Origin: Chloroflexota bacterium
GTDB taxonomy: Bacteria > Chloroflexota > Dehalococcoidia > Bin125
Length of the DNA: 64,000 nt
Direction of reading: 5' to 3'
NCBI GenBank assembly: GCA_009838915.1
Contig: VXQT01000012.1
Location: forward strand, 4,671 to 68,670
The notes beneath the pieces were generated by a model, which was not told the origin of the DNA, did not search any database, and was given only the letters and a program-made list of their open reading frames with translations. Shown piece after piece: positions 10,012 through 19,891 of this stretch; position 1 is the stretch's first letter, and the number at the start of each line of letters is the position of its first letter. Made by a program: the position numbers and the translations under genes.

Positions 10012-11157
10012 TTATTGCTCGTACAACCCGTACCGACGCTTGAGTGCCAGGATGCGCTCCACCGACTCGTCGATGCGCTCTCTGGAAATCTCGCCCCGCT
10101 CGACGGCCGAGATGATGGCGGCCTTGATGCGACGGACGTGGTCCAGGTCGTAGGTGTTCTGGTTGGCGATCAGGATCACGTCCACGCCCGCCTTGATCGC
10201 TTCGATCGCGGCGGTCTCCAGGCTGTACTCCTCGAGGATCGCGCCCATCTGCATGTCGTCGGAGAGAATCACGCCGTCGAAGTCCAACTCGCCGCGCAGC
10301 AGGTCTGTGACGATCGGACGGGACAGCGTGGCCGGGCGGGCGGATGGATCGAGGTTTCGGTTGACGACGTGCGCGGTCATGACCACGTCGTCGTAGCCGT
10401 CGTCGATGAGCTGTCTGTAAGGCGCGAGTTCGTCATCACGGACGAAGGAATCGGTGACATCGGTGACGCCGAGATGGGTGTCGCCGACTGCGCTGCCGTG
10501 TCCGGGGAAGTGCTTGAGCGTGGAGACCACGCCCTGGTCGTGATGGGCGCGAGCGAACGCGGCCGCGTGTTCCGACACGACACCGGGATCGGCGCTGAAG
10601 GAGCGCTCCCAGTAGCCGATTGCCGGGCTCTCTGGATAGACGTTGACATCGACCACTGGGGCCAGGTTCCAGTTGATTCCCAATTCGCTCAGTTGCCGGG
10701 CAGATGCGCCGGCTAGCGCCTCGGTCTCGGACGCCGTCCCTGCGCCAAGCGTCAGGTGGCTGGGCAACTGGACGTCGAATCCGTAGACCTCTTTGAGCCG
10801 GTTGACGAAGCCGCCTTCGGCGTCAATCGCGATCAGCAACCCGCGCTCGGACGCCTCCTGCAGGGCTGCAGTCAGCACTTTCACTTGCTCGGGCGAGACG
10901 ATGTTGCGAACCTGCTCGCCTCCGCTCGGTCCGTCGTAGTCGAAGAGAATCACGGCCCCCGGCGCAAGCTCATCGAGTAGCCCAGCGAACTCATCGTCCA
11001 GGGACGTTCCACGAAACCCAATCAGTAGCATCTGGCCGACGGCGTCTTCAAGCGAGAGCGAACTCGCGTCGTCAGAAACACAGGCAACCGGTCCGACGGC
11101 GATCGCCAGGAGTGCGGCGAGCGCGAGCAGCAGTCGTCTCACTGCGCGTCCAGCCAC
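10012..11157 (-). CDS. glycoside hydrolase family 3 N-terminal-domain protein (NagZ-like beta-N-acetylhexosaminidase), lipoprotein
   Basis: KHFPGHG motif, a GH3 catalytic region and a lipobox-like signal (…AVGPVAC). Confidence 0.85.
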   Translation of the reverse strand: MAGRAVRRLLLALAALLAIAVGPVACVSDDASSLSLEDAVGQMLLIGFRGTSLDDEFAGLLDELAPGAVILFDYDGPSGGEQVRNIVSPEQVKVLTAALQEASERGLLIAIDAEGGFVNRLKEVYGFDVQLPSHLTLGAGTASETEALAGASARQLSELGINWNLAPVVDVNVYPESPAIGYWERSFSADPGVVSEHAAAFARAHHDQGVVSTLKHFPGHGSAVGDTHLGVTDVTDSFVRDDELAPYRQLIDDGYDDVVMTAHVVNRNLDPSARPATLSRPIVTDLLRGELDFDGVILSDDMQMGAILEEYSLETAAIEAIKAGVDVILIANQNTYDLDHVRRIKAAIISAVERGEISRERIDESVERILALKRRYGLYEQ

Positions 11158-11609
11158 TGGCGGGTCATCTCAGCGTGGCCGACGTGTTCGGCGGTGTGGG
11201 CGAGCGCTCGGCAGACGAGCTCGTGTCCGCTCAGGTTCTTGTCCATGAACATGTGGTAGTGCGGCGCCTCCCAGGCGTCGTCGGAGAGTCCTGCAAGGGC
11301 CGACTCGATCGCCGCCCGTGCGCCGCCCCAACGCTCCGCCAACACGCCCTGCGGATCGCTGACGGACGCCGCGCGTGAGTCGAACTCGGCCTGGCGGCTG
11401 CGATCGACCTCAAGCCCCGCCAGCACCTGCACAAAGTTCCACTCCGTCGCCGAGATCGCGTGCGTGGCGAGGACGAACAACGGCGACGACTCGTCCCAGG
11501 GCGCGGCGTCGAGCTGATCCGCGGAGAGTCCGTCGGCGGCGGCGAGGATGCGCTCGATCAGTTCGCAGGCAGTCTCGAAGGCGGGCAAGGCTGGGCCGGA
11601 GAGGGGCAC
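11139..11609 (-). CDS. DinB/YfiT-like (DinB_2) family protein
   Basis: 156 aa with a predicted four-helix bundle and conserved His residues (…HTAEHVGH…). Confidence 0.55.
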   Translation of the reverse strand: MPLSGPALPAFETACELIERILAAADGLSADQLDAAPWDESSPLFVLATHAISATEWNFVQVLAGLEVDRSRQAEFDSRAASVSDPQGVLAERWGGARAAIESALAGLSDDAWEAPHYHMFMDKNLSGHELVCRALAHTAEHVGHAEMTRQWLDAQ

Positions 11610-11675
11610 GGGAGGCTCCTATTCCTATACTCGGCAAACACCTGAATCGTATCCGACGACCGGACGGGGGAAACC

Positions 11676-12605
11676 ATGAGGCCAGATCCGCAGACCCAGG
11701 CCTTGAACGTGATGATCGAGGAAGCCTCGGCGCAGGGCAAACCGTGGCACGAGATGGAGCCGCAGGAGCTGCGCGACACGCTCGCCGAGGGCGGACCGTT
11801 CGGTCCGCCGCCGCCGCGTCTGGATGACATCGCGCAGGAGCGCACGATCTCCGGTCCCGCCGGCGAGATTCCCGTCCGCGTCTTCATTCCGCCGGTCGTG
11901 CGCGGCGTCTATCTGCACATCCACGGCGGCGGCTGGGTGATCGGCTCGCACGACGCGCAGGACGAGCGGCTCTGGTCGCGCGCGCAGCTAACGCAGCAGG
12001 CGGTCGTCTCGGTCGGCTACCGGCTCTCGCCCGAGCATCCCTACCCCGGTCCCAATGAGGACTGCGAGGCGGCGGCGGTCTGGCTGGTCGAGAACGGACA
12101 GTCGGAGTTCGGCACCGACGCGTTCACGATCGGCGGCGAGTCGGCAGGCGGTCACCTGTCTGCAGTCACGCTGCTGCGGATGCGGGACAACCATGGCTAC
12201 ACCGGCTTCCAGGGCGCGGCGCTGACCTACGGCGTCTACGATCTGCGTCCCTCGCCCTCAGCCAAGCTGTGGGGCGAGCGCAATCTGATCCTGTCGACGC
12301 CGATCATCGAGTGGTTCATCGACCACTACGTCACGCCGGAAGAGCCCGAATTGCGCAGCCAACCCGACGTGACGCCGCTGCTCGCGGACCTGTCCGACAT
12401 GCCGCCCGCGATCTTCACGGTGGGCACGCTCGATCCGCTGCTCGACGACACGCTGTTCATGGCCGCCCGCTGGCAAGCCGCCGGTCACGAGACGGAGCTG
12501 CACGTCTTCCCCGAAGCGCCGCACGGCTTTGACGGCTTCCCGACCCCTGCGGGCATGGACGCGACGAATCGGATCAACAACTTCCTCAGCGGGTGTGTGG
12601 GCTAG
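11676..12605 (+). CDS. alpha/beta hydrolase, HSL-family esterase (third paralog)
   Basis: HGGGWV and GESAGG motifs; 309 aa. Confidence 0.85.
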   Translation: MRPDPQTQALNVMIEEASAQGKPWHEMEPQELRDTLAEGGPFGPPPPRLDDIAQERTISGPAGEIPVRVFIPPVVRGVYLHIHGGGWVIGSHDAQDERLWSRAQLTQQAVVSVGYRLSPEHPYPGPNEDCEAAAVWLVENGQSEFGTDAFTIGGESAGGHLSAVTLLRMRDNHGYTGFQGAALTYGVYDLRPSPSAKLWGERNLILSTPIIEWFIDHYVTPEEPELRSQPDVTPLLADLSDMPPAIFTVGTLDPLLDDTLFMAARWQAAGHETELHVFPEAPHGFDGFPTPAGMDATNRINNFLSGCVG

Positions 12606-12701
12606 GGTGGTTCGGCTTCGACCAGCAGACGCCTAACACTCCGTCTTTGCCGCAGCAATCTCGCCGCGTCTGATACCAACGTCATTGCGGAAGGCGGCGA
12701 G

Positions 12702-12724
12702 ATACCCGCGGCAAGCGCGGGTAT
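12702..12724. terminator. perfect 9-bp stem / 5-nt loop hairpin between convergent genes
   Basis: atacccgcg-gcaag-cgcgggtat, nested in a wider 10-bp inverted repeat (atctcgccgc…gcggcgagat) spanning 12657-12703. Confidence 0.4.
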
Positions 12725-12765
12725 GACGGACACTTCCTCAACTTCTCGCCTGATCTGAACAGGCC

Positions 12766-14187
12766 CTAGTCGGACTCTGCACCCAGCTCTGGCGCATTGA
12801 GTTGTCTTGTCGCCTCATCCACTATTCTTGGCGTCTCAATCCGCTTGGCGTCACTGATCACGCCAAGTTTTTCCATTCTTCGAGCCTGCGCCAAGACCCG
12901 TCTCTCGTAGGATCCAACCCCGTCGTTGTACGCCTTTACCGCGCTCGTCAATGCGCCCCCTATCCGATCAACGTGGCTCGTGTAGGTGGCTAAGCGAGAA
13001 TAGAGCTCGTTTGCATCATCAGCGATCGCCTGAGCATTGCGCTGGATGTCCTCTTGCTGCCAAGCGACGCCCACTGTGCGTAACAGGGCAATGAGCAACC
13101 CCGGACTTGCGATCAGCACTCGATGGCGGGTCCAAGCATCCTCCCAAATCGTCGGTTGAGCGATCATCGCAGCATCGAGAATGGTCTCCGTAGGCACGAA
13201 GAGGACCACAAAGTCAGGAGAGAGCCCGTCGATCGCTTCTGTGTAGGCTTTGGCGCCCAAGGCGCCGGCGTGATTCATTAACGTTCGCGCATGTTGTTCA
13301 AGCGCCTGCCGTTGTGATACGTCGTCAACTGCGTCGTGTGCCTTCAAGTAGGACGACAGGGGCGTCTTGGCGTCGACTGGAACGGTTAGGCCGCCGGGCA
13401 TGTGAATAACCGCGTCAGGGCGCAACTTCTGTTCTTCGCTGCTGGCCTGGACTTGACGCTCGTAGGTGATGTGCTCGCGCATGCCTGCCACTTCGAGCAC
13501 TCGTTCAAGGGTCAGTTCGCCCCAACGACCACGCTGTTGGGGGGCGCTCAGTGCCTGGCGAAGACCTCCGGTAGTCTCTTGTAGGCCGCGAATCTCCTGG
13601 CGCGCTGCGTTGATGAGCTGATCGACTCCGCCATAGTCCTTACGCAGGCGTTCCAGATTCTCATTGATCGGTTTGACCAACGCTTCGACTTGTTGCCGGC
13701 GTTGGTCGAGTTCGGCTCCAGCCAGCTCGCGTTGGCGCTTGAACTCCTCCGCGGCCTGCTTGCGAAACTCCTCGTTGCTCGCTTTGGCGACATCAGCGGC
13801 GATGCTCTTGAACAGGGCGTCAATCTCTTCCTGCTTCTTGTCCAGCTCTTCGATCCGCGCCTGACGGTCCGACTCGGACTGGCTCAGCTCCTCGCGAGCT
13901 ATCCCGAGGCTGTCCCGCAGTTCGCCGGCTCGCTGCCGTTCTTCCGCTAGTTCCTCAGTCGTCCGTTGCAGCAGCGACGACCGTTCTTCCAGCCGAGCCG
14001 CCGCTTCCGTTCGCTGCTGTTCGACGTCCTGCAACTTGCCGCGCACATCATCCAGATCGGCGCGCAAGGTTGCCGCGTCCACGCGCAGCCCCGAGGCCTC
14101 TCTGCGCACAAGCCAGGTCACGACGCCGCCAATGGCAAGCCCGATGATCAAGCCAATGACAATCTCCATCGTGTCCTCCCTGCGCAT
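12766..14187 (-). CDS. rmuC: DNA recombination protein RmuC
   Basis: N-terminal transmembrane segment, a long coiled-coil and the C-terminal RmuC nuclease-like domain. An alternative start is MEIVIG at 14169. Confidence 0.85.
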   Translation of the reverse strand: MRREDTMEIVIGLIIGLAIGGVVTWLVRREASGLRVDAATLRADLDDVRGKLQDVEQQRTEAAARLEERSSLLQRTTEELAEERQRAGELRDSLGIAREELSQSESDRQARIEELDKKQEEIDALFKSIAADVAKASNEEFRKQAAEEFKRQRELAGAELDQRRQQVEALVKPINENLERLRKDYGGVDQLINAARQEIRGLQETTGGLRQALSAPQQRGRWGELTLERVLEVAGMREHITYERQVQASSEEQKLRPDAVIHMPGGLTVPVDAKTPLSSYLKAHDAVDDVSQRQALEQHARTLMNHAGALGAKAYTEAIDGLSPDFVVLFVPTETILDAAMIAQPTIWEDAWTRHRVLIASPGLLIALLRTVGVAWQQEDIQRNAQAIADDANELYSRLATYTSHVDRIGGALTSAVKAYNDGVGSYERRVLAQARRMEKLGVISDAKRIETPRIVDEATRQLNAPELGAESD

Positions 14188-14253
14188 GTGCCCTACTGAC
14201 CGTTTCGATGCTATCTAATGGACGTAGCAGCGGGGACAAAGGAGAGACGGGCC

Positions 14254-15030
14254 ATGCGGCGGTTGTCGGAGGCTGCAATTGTCGTGCTGGTTCTCGTTGC
14301 GGTCGTGGCCGCGATGGCGGGTTGCGTCTCCGGCGACTCGGTGAGCGGCAAGGTCCGGTTTCACCGCGATGTCGAGCTGCCGGCCGGCACAACGGTCACC
14401 GTCAAGCTGCTCGACACATCGCTCGCCGACGCCTCGGCGATTGAACTGGGACGCGATGTGATCGGCGACGCCGAGTCGTTGCCCGTTCGATTCCGCATCG
14501 AGTACGACGGCGATGAGATCGACGACCGCCGCGAGTACACGCTCAGCGCCCGCGTCGAAGTCGGCGACCAACTGCTCTACATCAACGACACCGTCCACCC
14601 GGTTCTCACGGGAGGACACCCGCGCAACAGCGATGTCCGAGTGATCTCGGTCAGCGAGTTCGACCAATGCGTCGAGCCGCTCAGGGGGCAAATCCACTCC
14701 AGCTTCTGGGACGGCGACCTGCCCGACGACGCCGCGCTGGAGATCAGGCTGTGGGATGTGTCCGAGCCGGCGGAGCGCGTCCTGGTAGTCGAGGGTAGAT
14801 TCGAAGACCTCGGCCAATTCCCGATCCACTTTGATTTACCGCATGAAGGCGTCGAGATCAGCCGCCATCGCCGCTACGAACTGGAAGCCGAGGTCTGGTT
14901 CGACGACGAGCTGCAGATGCACATCCCTAACGCGGAGTGGAGGCGAACCGTCTTGCCCTTCTGCCCCGACGGCGACGAACTCTCAATCGTCAACGATGTC
15001 TTCCCGGTCTCGGAGTTCCCGGCGGAGTGA
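14254..15030 (+). CDS. YbaY-family lipoprotein
   Basis: Lipobox MAGCVSG. The stretch …TVTVKLLDTSLADA…INDTVHPV aligns with E. coli YbaY (LTVTLSDASLADA…ITDTVQPV). A second similar domain follows. Confidence 0.7.
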   Translation: MRRLSEAAIVVLVLVAVVAAMAGCVSGDSVSGKVRFHRDVELPAGTTVTVKLLDTSLADASAIELGRDVIGDAESLPVRFRIEYDGDEIDDRREYTLSARVEVGDQLLYINDTVHPVLTGGHPRNSDVRVISVSEFDQCVEPLRGQIHSSFWDGDLPDDAALEIRLWDVSEPAERVLVVEGRFEDLGQFPIHFDLPHEGVEISRHRRYELEAEVWFDDELQMHIPNAEWRRTVLPFCPDGDELSIVNDVFPVSEFPAE

Positions 15031-15099
15031 GCGCGCGGCTCAGTTCCCTCTGGGTGCAATAATGATCCCGAATCCGCGATGCGATTGAGGGAGACGAAG

Positions 15100-16689
15100 A
15101 TGGAAGTCCCGCTGCTGGTCAACGATTTCCTGCGACGCGCGTCGAAGCTGTACGGACCGTCGGAGGCCGTGGTGGATGGCGACAAGCGCTTCACCTGGTC
15201 GGAGTTCAACGCCCGCGTCAACCAACAGGCGCACGCGCTGCTCGACGCCGGGATCGGCAAGGGCGACCGCGTCGCGATCATCGCGCCCAACTCGCACGAG
15301 TTTCTCGAGACGTTCTACGCGACCGCCGCGATCGGCGCGGTCGTCGTGCCGATGAATTACCGCCTGGTGCCGTCCGACTTCGAGTACATGCTCGAACACT
15401 CAGGCTCGAAGGTCGCGCTGGTCGATGCGGAGTTCCTGCACCTGGTCGACGAGGTGCGCGGCGGCATCAACGCGGTTGAGCACTTCATCGCGATCCCTTA
15501 CGGCGACGCCGAGATCGTGACCGGTTGGACCAACTACGAGGACTGGATCGCGAGCCAGCCGACGACGCAACCGCCGGACCCAGGCCTGGACGAAACCGAC
15601 CTGCTCTCGATCAACTACACCTCGGGCACCACGGCGCGGCCCAAGGGCGTGATGATCACGCACCGCAACGCCTACATCAACGCCTACAACTTCATCGCCC
15701 ACCTGCGCATTTCGCAGGACGACGCCGAGATGTGGACGCTGCCGATGTTCCACGCCAACGGCTGGGGCGGCCCCTACGCGATCACCGCGATGGGCGGCAA
15801 GCACGTGGTCTTGCGCGCGCCCGAGGCGGCCGACATCTACCAGGTGATCCAGGACGAGCACTGCACCTTCGCCTGCATGGCTCCGGCCGTGCTCGCACGC
15901 ATCCTCGAGTTCGAGCGCAAGGACGAGTACGAGATCACCGTCAAACCGCGCTTCACGGTCGCCGGCGCGCCGCCGCCGCAGTCGTTCATCGAGCGCCTGG
16001 AGAAGGAGCTGGGCTGGGAGTTCATTCAGATCTACGGCCTGACAGAGACTTCGCCGATTCTCACGGTGTCCGAGGTCGCGCCGTTCCTCAACGCGGACGA
16101 GGACGGCTACTTCGGCACCAAGGTGCGCGCCGGGCACGACGTGATCGGCGTCGAGGTCAAGGTCGTGCGCGACTCCGGCCGCGAGGTCGCCTGGGACGAC
16201 GAGGAGGTCGGCGAGGTGGTCGCACGCTCCAACGTCGTCCTGCGTGGCTACTGGGAGCAGCAGGAGGAGACCAACAAGGTGATTGTCGACGGCTGGTTCC
16301 ACACCGGCGACATGGCCACCGTCAACGCGGAGGGCTACATCAACATCGTCGACCGGGCCAAGGACGTGATCATCTCGGGCGGCGAGAACATCTCCAGCAT
16401 CGAGGTCGAGGACGTGCTCTACGACCACCCCGCCGTGCTCGAAGCCGCCGTGATCGGCATTCCTTCCGAGCAGTGGGGAGAAACCCCGCTCGCGCTGATC
16501 GTCCCCCGCGAGGGCCACGCCGTGACCCGAGACGACATCGTCGCCCACTGCCGCTCGAACATGGCCGGCTTCAAGATCCCCCGCAACGTCGAGTTCGTCG
16601 AGACCCTCCCCCGCACCGCCACCGGCAAGCTGAAGAAGTTCGAACTCCGAGAGGCCTACTGGGAAGGCGTCGAGAAGCGAGTGAACTAG
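15100..16689 (+). CDS. AMP-dependent acyl-CoA synthetase/ligase
   Basis: YTSGTTARPKGV AMP-binding motif and a C-terminal …GKLKK… motif. Confidence 0.9.
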   Translation: MEVPLLVNDFLRRASKLYGPSEAVVDGDKRFTWSEFNARVNQQAHALLDAGIGKGDRVAIIAPNSHEFLETFYATAAIGAVVVPMNYRLVPSDFEYMLEHSGSKVALVDAEFLHLVDEVRGGINAVEHFIAIPYGDAEIVTGWTNYEDWIASQPTTQPPDPGLDETDLLSINYTSGTTARPKGVMITHRNAYINAYNFIAHLRISQDDAEMWTLPMFHANGWGGPYAITAMGGKHVVLRAPEAADIYQVIQDEHCTFACMAPAVLARILEFERKDEYEITVKPRFTVAGAPPPQSFIERLEKELGWEFIQIYGLTETSPILTVSEVAPFLNADEDGYFGTKVRAGHDVIGVEVKVVRDSGREVAWDDEEVGEVVARSNVVLRGYWEQQEETNKVIVDGWFHTGDMATVNAEGYINIVDRAKDVIISGGENISSIEVEDVLYDHPAVLEAAVIGIPSEQWGETPLALIVPREGHAVTRDDIVAHCRSNMAGFKIPRNVEFVETLPRTATGKLKKFELREAYWEGVEKRVN

Positions 16690-16719
16690 GGCCTCCCCCA
16701 GAGGAGAAGCTCCTGTTTG

Positions 16720-17922
16720 CTAGTCCAGCTCGACCGATGGCGTGCGGACATGCTGGTGGGCGCGCAGGTGTTCGCGGGTCATCATCAGGGCGGTGATGCC
16801 TTCTCCGACGGCGGCGCCGAGTTGCTTGGTGGACCCGGCGCGAGCGTCTCCGGCGGCGTAGACGGCGGGGATACTGGTCTGAAAGCGTTGGTCGGTCCGG
16901 ATGAAGCCGCGCTGGTCGAGATCGACGACGCCTTCGAGGAATCCCGTGTTGGGCTGCAGGCCGATGAAGACGAAGACGCCGTCAGGCGATGTCCGGGTGA
17001 TGCCGCCGTTGGTCTGGAGCGTGAGCGTCGACAGCTTTGACTCACCCTCCATCGACTGCACGCTGGTGTTGAGCGAGAGCCGGACTCTGGGGTGCGAACG
17101 GACCTTGTCCTGCAGCAAGGAAGACCCGGAAAGCTGGTCGCCGCGATGGATGATGTGTACCTGGTCGGCGAACTGGGTGAGGTACAGCCCCTCTTCCAAC
17201 GCCGAGTTGCCGCCGCCGATCACGGCAAGCTGCTTCGCGCCCGCGTAGAACGGTCCGTCGCAGGTCGAGCAGAAGTGCACCGAGGAGCCGATCAGTTCCT
17301 GCTCGCCGGGCACATTGAGTCGGCGGTAAGTGCTGCCCGGCGTCAGGATCGCGGCGTGCGCGGCGACCCGATCCCCGCTGGACAGCGTGACCTCGACATC
17401 CGAGGGTGCGGTGAGTTCCACCGCACCAACAGCGGAGAGCAGCTCGACGCCGAAGCGCCGCGCCTGGGCGACGAAACGAGCCATCAGATCGTCGCCGTCG
17501 ACGCCGTCGGGGAATCCCGGATAGTTGTCGATCCGGTTGGTCAGTCCCGCCTGCCCGCCGAGCGCGGAGCGCTCGATCACAACCGTGTCGATGCCCTCGC
17601 GGGCGGCATAGATCGACGCGGCCAGTCCGGCCGGCCCGCCGCCGATGATGGCCAGGTCGTAGAATTCGCGCTGCGGTCGCACCTGGATCCCAAGCGCCTG
17701 CGCAAGTTCTTCGTCGCTGGGCTCGATCAGCATCCCGCCGTCGGGCAGGATGATCGTGGGTATCGAGCGGCCGCCGTTTTGCAGCTCCTCAACGTACGTG
17801 AGCGCGTCGGGGTCCTGGTCGATGTCGATCCATTCGTAGTCAACTCGGTGCTCGCTGAGGAAGGCCTTTGAGCGCCGGCAGTCGGGGCACCAGGGGGCGC
17901 CGTAAACCTTCAGCTCAGCCAT
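16720..17922 (-). CDS. glutaredoxin-like domain fused to thioredoxin-disulfide reductase
   Basis: The N-terminal ~80 aa carry a WCPDC redox motif with a Grx/NrdH fold. They are followed by GGGPAG FAD-binding, the CSTCDG redox CxxC motif and a GGGNSA NADPH site. Confidence 0.85.
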   Translation of the reverse strand: MAELKVYGAPWCPDCRRSKAFLSEHRVDYEWIDIDQDPDALTYVEELQNGGRSIPTIILPDGGMLIEPSDEELAQALGIQVRPQREFYDLAIIGGGPAGLAASIYAAREGIDTVVIERSALGGQAGLTNRIDNYPGFPDGVDGDDLMARFVAQARRFGVELLSAVGAVELTAPSDVEVTLSSGDRVAAHAAILTPGSTYRRLNVPGEQELIGSSVHFCSTCDGPFYAGAKQLAVIGGGNSALEEGLYLTQFADQVHIIHRGDQLSGSSLLQDKVRSHPRVRLSLNTSVQSMEGESKLSTLTLQTNGGITRTSPDGVFVFIGLQPNTGFLEGVVDLDQRGFIRTDQRFQTSIPAVYAAGDARAGSTKQLGAAVGEGITALMMTREHLRAHQHVRTPSVELD

Positions 17923-18409
17923 CGTCCTGCATCCGGGCCAGCGCGGAGACGCCGTCCTCGTCCAGCCGGTAGAGCAGCCACTCGGACTCGTCGGTCATGC
18001 CCAGTCGGTGGTAAAACTCGCGGGCCGGGTTCCAGTCGAGCACGGAAAGGTCGAGCCGGTTCCAGCCTCTCGATTCGGCGATTCGTGCGAGTTCCCGCAT
18101 CAGGGCGAATCCCGCGCCCGTGCCCCGCGCCTCGGGCACGACGAACAGGTCCTCCAGGTACAGCGACGGCGTTCCCAGCCAGGTTGAGTAGTGCGGGAAG
18201 AACAGCGCCATGCCGACCGGTCGGCCGCTGCGCTCGGCGATGAGCGTCTCAAAGCTGCGAATCGGGCCGAAGCCGTCGCGGCGGATACTCTCGACGGTCG
18301 CTTTGACCGTGGAGCGCGGCTCGTGTTCGAACTCGGCCAGCCCGACGATGAAGTCGAGGATGGTCTGCGCGTCTTCGGGGACGGCCTCGCGGACGGTAAC
18401 GTCGGACAC
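17915..18409 (-). CDS. GNAT family N-acetyltransferase
   Basis: 164 aa; acetyl-CoA-binding motif …RGTGAG… (motif A). Confidence 0.85.
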   Translation of the reverse strand: MSDVTVREAVPEDAQTILDFIVGLAEFEHEPRSTVKATVESIRRDGFGPIRSFETLIAERSGRPVGMALFFPHYSTWLGTPSLYLEDLFVVPEARGTGAGFALMRELARIAESRGWNRLDLSVLDWNPAREFYHRLGMTDESEWLLYRLDEDGVSALARMQDDG

Positions 18410-18420
18410 GATCGTGCCGC

Positions 18421-19215
18421 CTACTCGCCGGTGAAGACGGGCGCCCGCTTCTCGATGAACGACGCCTGTGCCTCGCGAACGTCGTGCTCGGAGCGGGTCG
18501 CGTGGGAGATTGCGGTGATCTCATTGCGCAGCGCTTCCTCGAGCGTCGCGTTGAGATTGCGCTGCATCACTCGCTTGGCGGCTCGCGACGCCAGCGGCGG
18601 CCAGAAAGCGATCTCCGTTGCCAGCGCGCGGGCCGAGTTCATCAGCTCCTCGTGCGGGACGCGCTGGTTGACCAGGCCGATCGCCAGCGCCTCGTCCGAC
18701 TCGACGAAACGGCTGGTCTGGACCAGCTCAACCGCCTTGGGGTACCCGACCACGCGCGGTAGGAACCAGGTCATGCCGGCATCGGGACTGAGCGAGCGCT
18801 CGAGGAAGACGACCTTGAATCGCGCCTTCTCGGAGGCGACGCGTAGATCGCACGACAGGGCCAGGCTCATGCCGGCTCCGGCCGCGACACCGTTGACCGC
18901 GGCGATGGTCGGCTTGTCGAGCTGTCCGAAGGCCAGCGCCTGATGGCCGACCCAGCCAAACTCGTCCATGCGGTCGTTCTGCGTGTCCGGAGCTGCGTCG
19001 CGCGGTCGGGCCGTCAGGTCGGCGCCCGAGCAGAAGCCCCGACCTGCGCCGGTCACGATCACGACCCGTACATCGTCGTCGGCCTGCAGCTCATTGGCGG
19101 CAGCGACCATTTCATTGTGCAGGTCGCGCGAGAGCGCGTTGAGCTTCTCCGGTCGATCCAGCGTGATCGTGCCGATCCGGTCGGAGACATCGAGTCGCAA
19201 GTGTTGGAAGGTCAT
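18421..19215 (-). CDS. enoyl-CoA hydratase/isomerase (crotonase) family
   Basis: Oxyanion-hole motifs GAGRGFCSGADL and AAVNGVAAGAG. Confidence 0.9.
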   Translation of the reverse strand: MTFQHLRLDVSDRIGTITLDRPEKLNALSRDLHNEMVAAANELQADDDVRVVIVTGAGRGFCSGADLTARPRDAAPDTQNDRMDEFGWVGHQALAFGQLDKPTIAAVNGVAAGAGMSLALSCDLRVASEKARFKVVFLERSLSPDAGMTWFLPRVVGYPKAVELVQTSRFVESDEALAIGLVNQRVPHEELMNSARALATEIAFWPPLASRAAKRVMQRNLNATLEEALRNEITAISHATRSEHDVREAQASFIEKRAPVFTGE

Positions 19216-19799
19216 GTGTTGCTCCGTTCGCTGAGCAGCGTATCGCGCATCGCCGCAATCTCTCCAAAGCGGAAACAGTCATCGGCGTGATCGTTGACGA
19301 TACCCACCGCCTGCATGAAGGCGTAGCACGTGGTCGGCCCGACAAAGCGAAAGCCGCGCCGCTTGAGCTCGCGTGACATGGCGCGCGATGTGTCGGTCTG
19401 CGACTGCAACTCCGGGTTCGGTTCGTTGCCGGACTCTGCGTATGCCCAGACGACATCGGCGAGCGACATGCCCTGTTCGCGCAACAACAGGATCGCGCGC
19501 GCATTGGCAATCGTCGCCTCAATCTTGCCGCGATGTCGGATGATGCCCGTGTCCTGCACGAGTGCGTCGACGCCGGATTCATCAATCTCAGCTACCGCCT
19601 CGACGATCCAATCGAGGAACGCGCGCCGGTATCCGTCACGCCGCAAGAGAATCGTGTGCCAGGAGAGCCCTGCCTGCGCGCCCTCGAGGGTGATTGCTTC
19701 GAACAGCGTTGACTCGTCGACAGTCGGCACGCCCCACTCAAGATCGTGGTAGGCAATCTCGTCAGGGTCGTCGCCGGGCCATTGACAGCGGTCGGTCAC
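19212..19799 (-). CDS. tag: DNA-3-methyladenine glycosylase I
   Basis: RCQWPGDDPDEIAYHDLEWGVP…GIIRHRGKI…FVGPTTCYAFMQAVGIVNDH aligns throughout with E. coli Tag. The probable start is GTG at 19799; the ORF is open back to 19898. Confidence 0.85.
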   Translation of the reverse strand: MTDRCQWPGDDPDEIAYHDLEWGVPTVDESTLFEAITLEGAQAGLSWHTILLRRDGYRRAFLDWIVEAVAEIDESGVDALVQDTGIIRHRGKIEATIANARAILLLREQGMSLADVVWAYAESGNEPNPELQSQTDTSRAMSRELKRRGFRFVGPTTCYAFMQAVGIVNDHADDCFRFGEIAAMRDTLLSERSNT

Positions 19800-19891
19800 T
19801 GGAGTCGAACTCGGATCCGGATGTCCTGTTGCGACATAGAGGATAGTGGTGTTGCGTGTGGCGGTTGCCCTGGCGCGAGTAGCCTGTCCGC

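Noticed and set aside
15400-16796. Long ORFs (382 aa minus, 423 aa plus) overlapping the acyl-CoA synthetase gene
   Set aside because: These are alternative-frame shadows of a clearly recognisable AMP-ligase. Their Arg/Pro-rich low-complexity translations lack GC3 bias.
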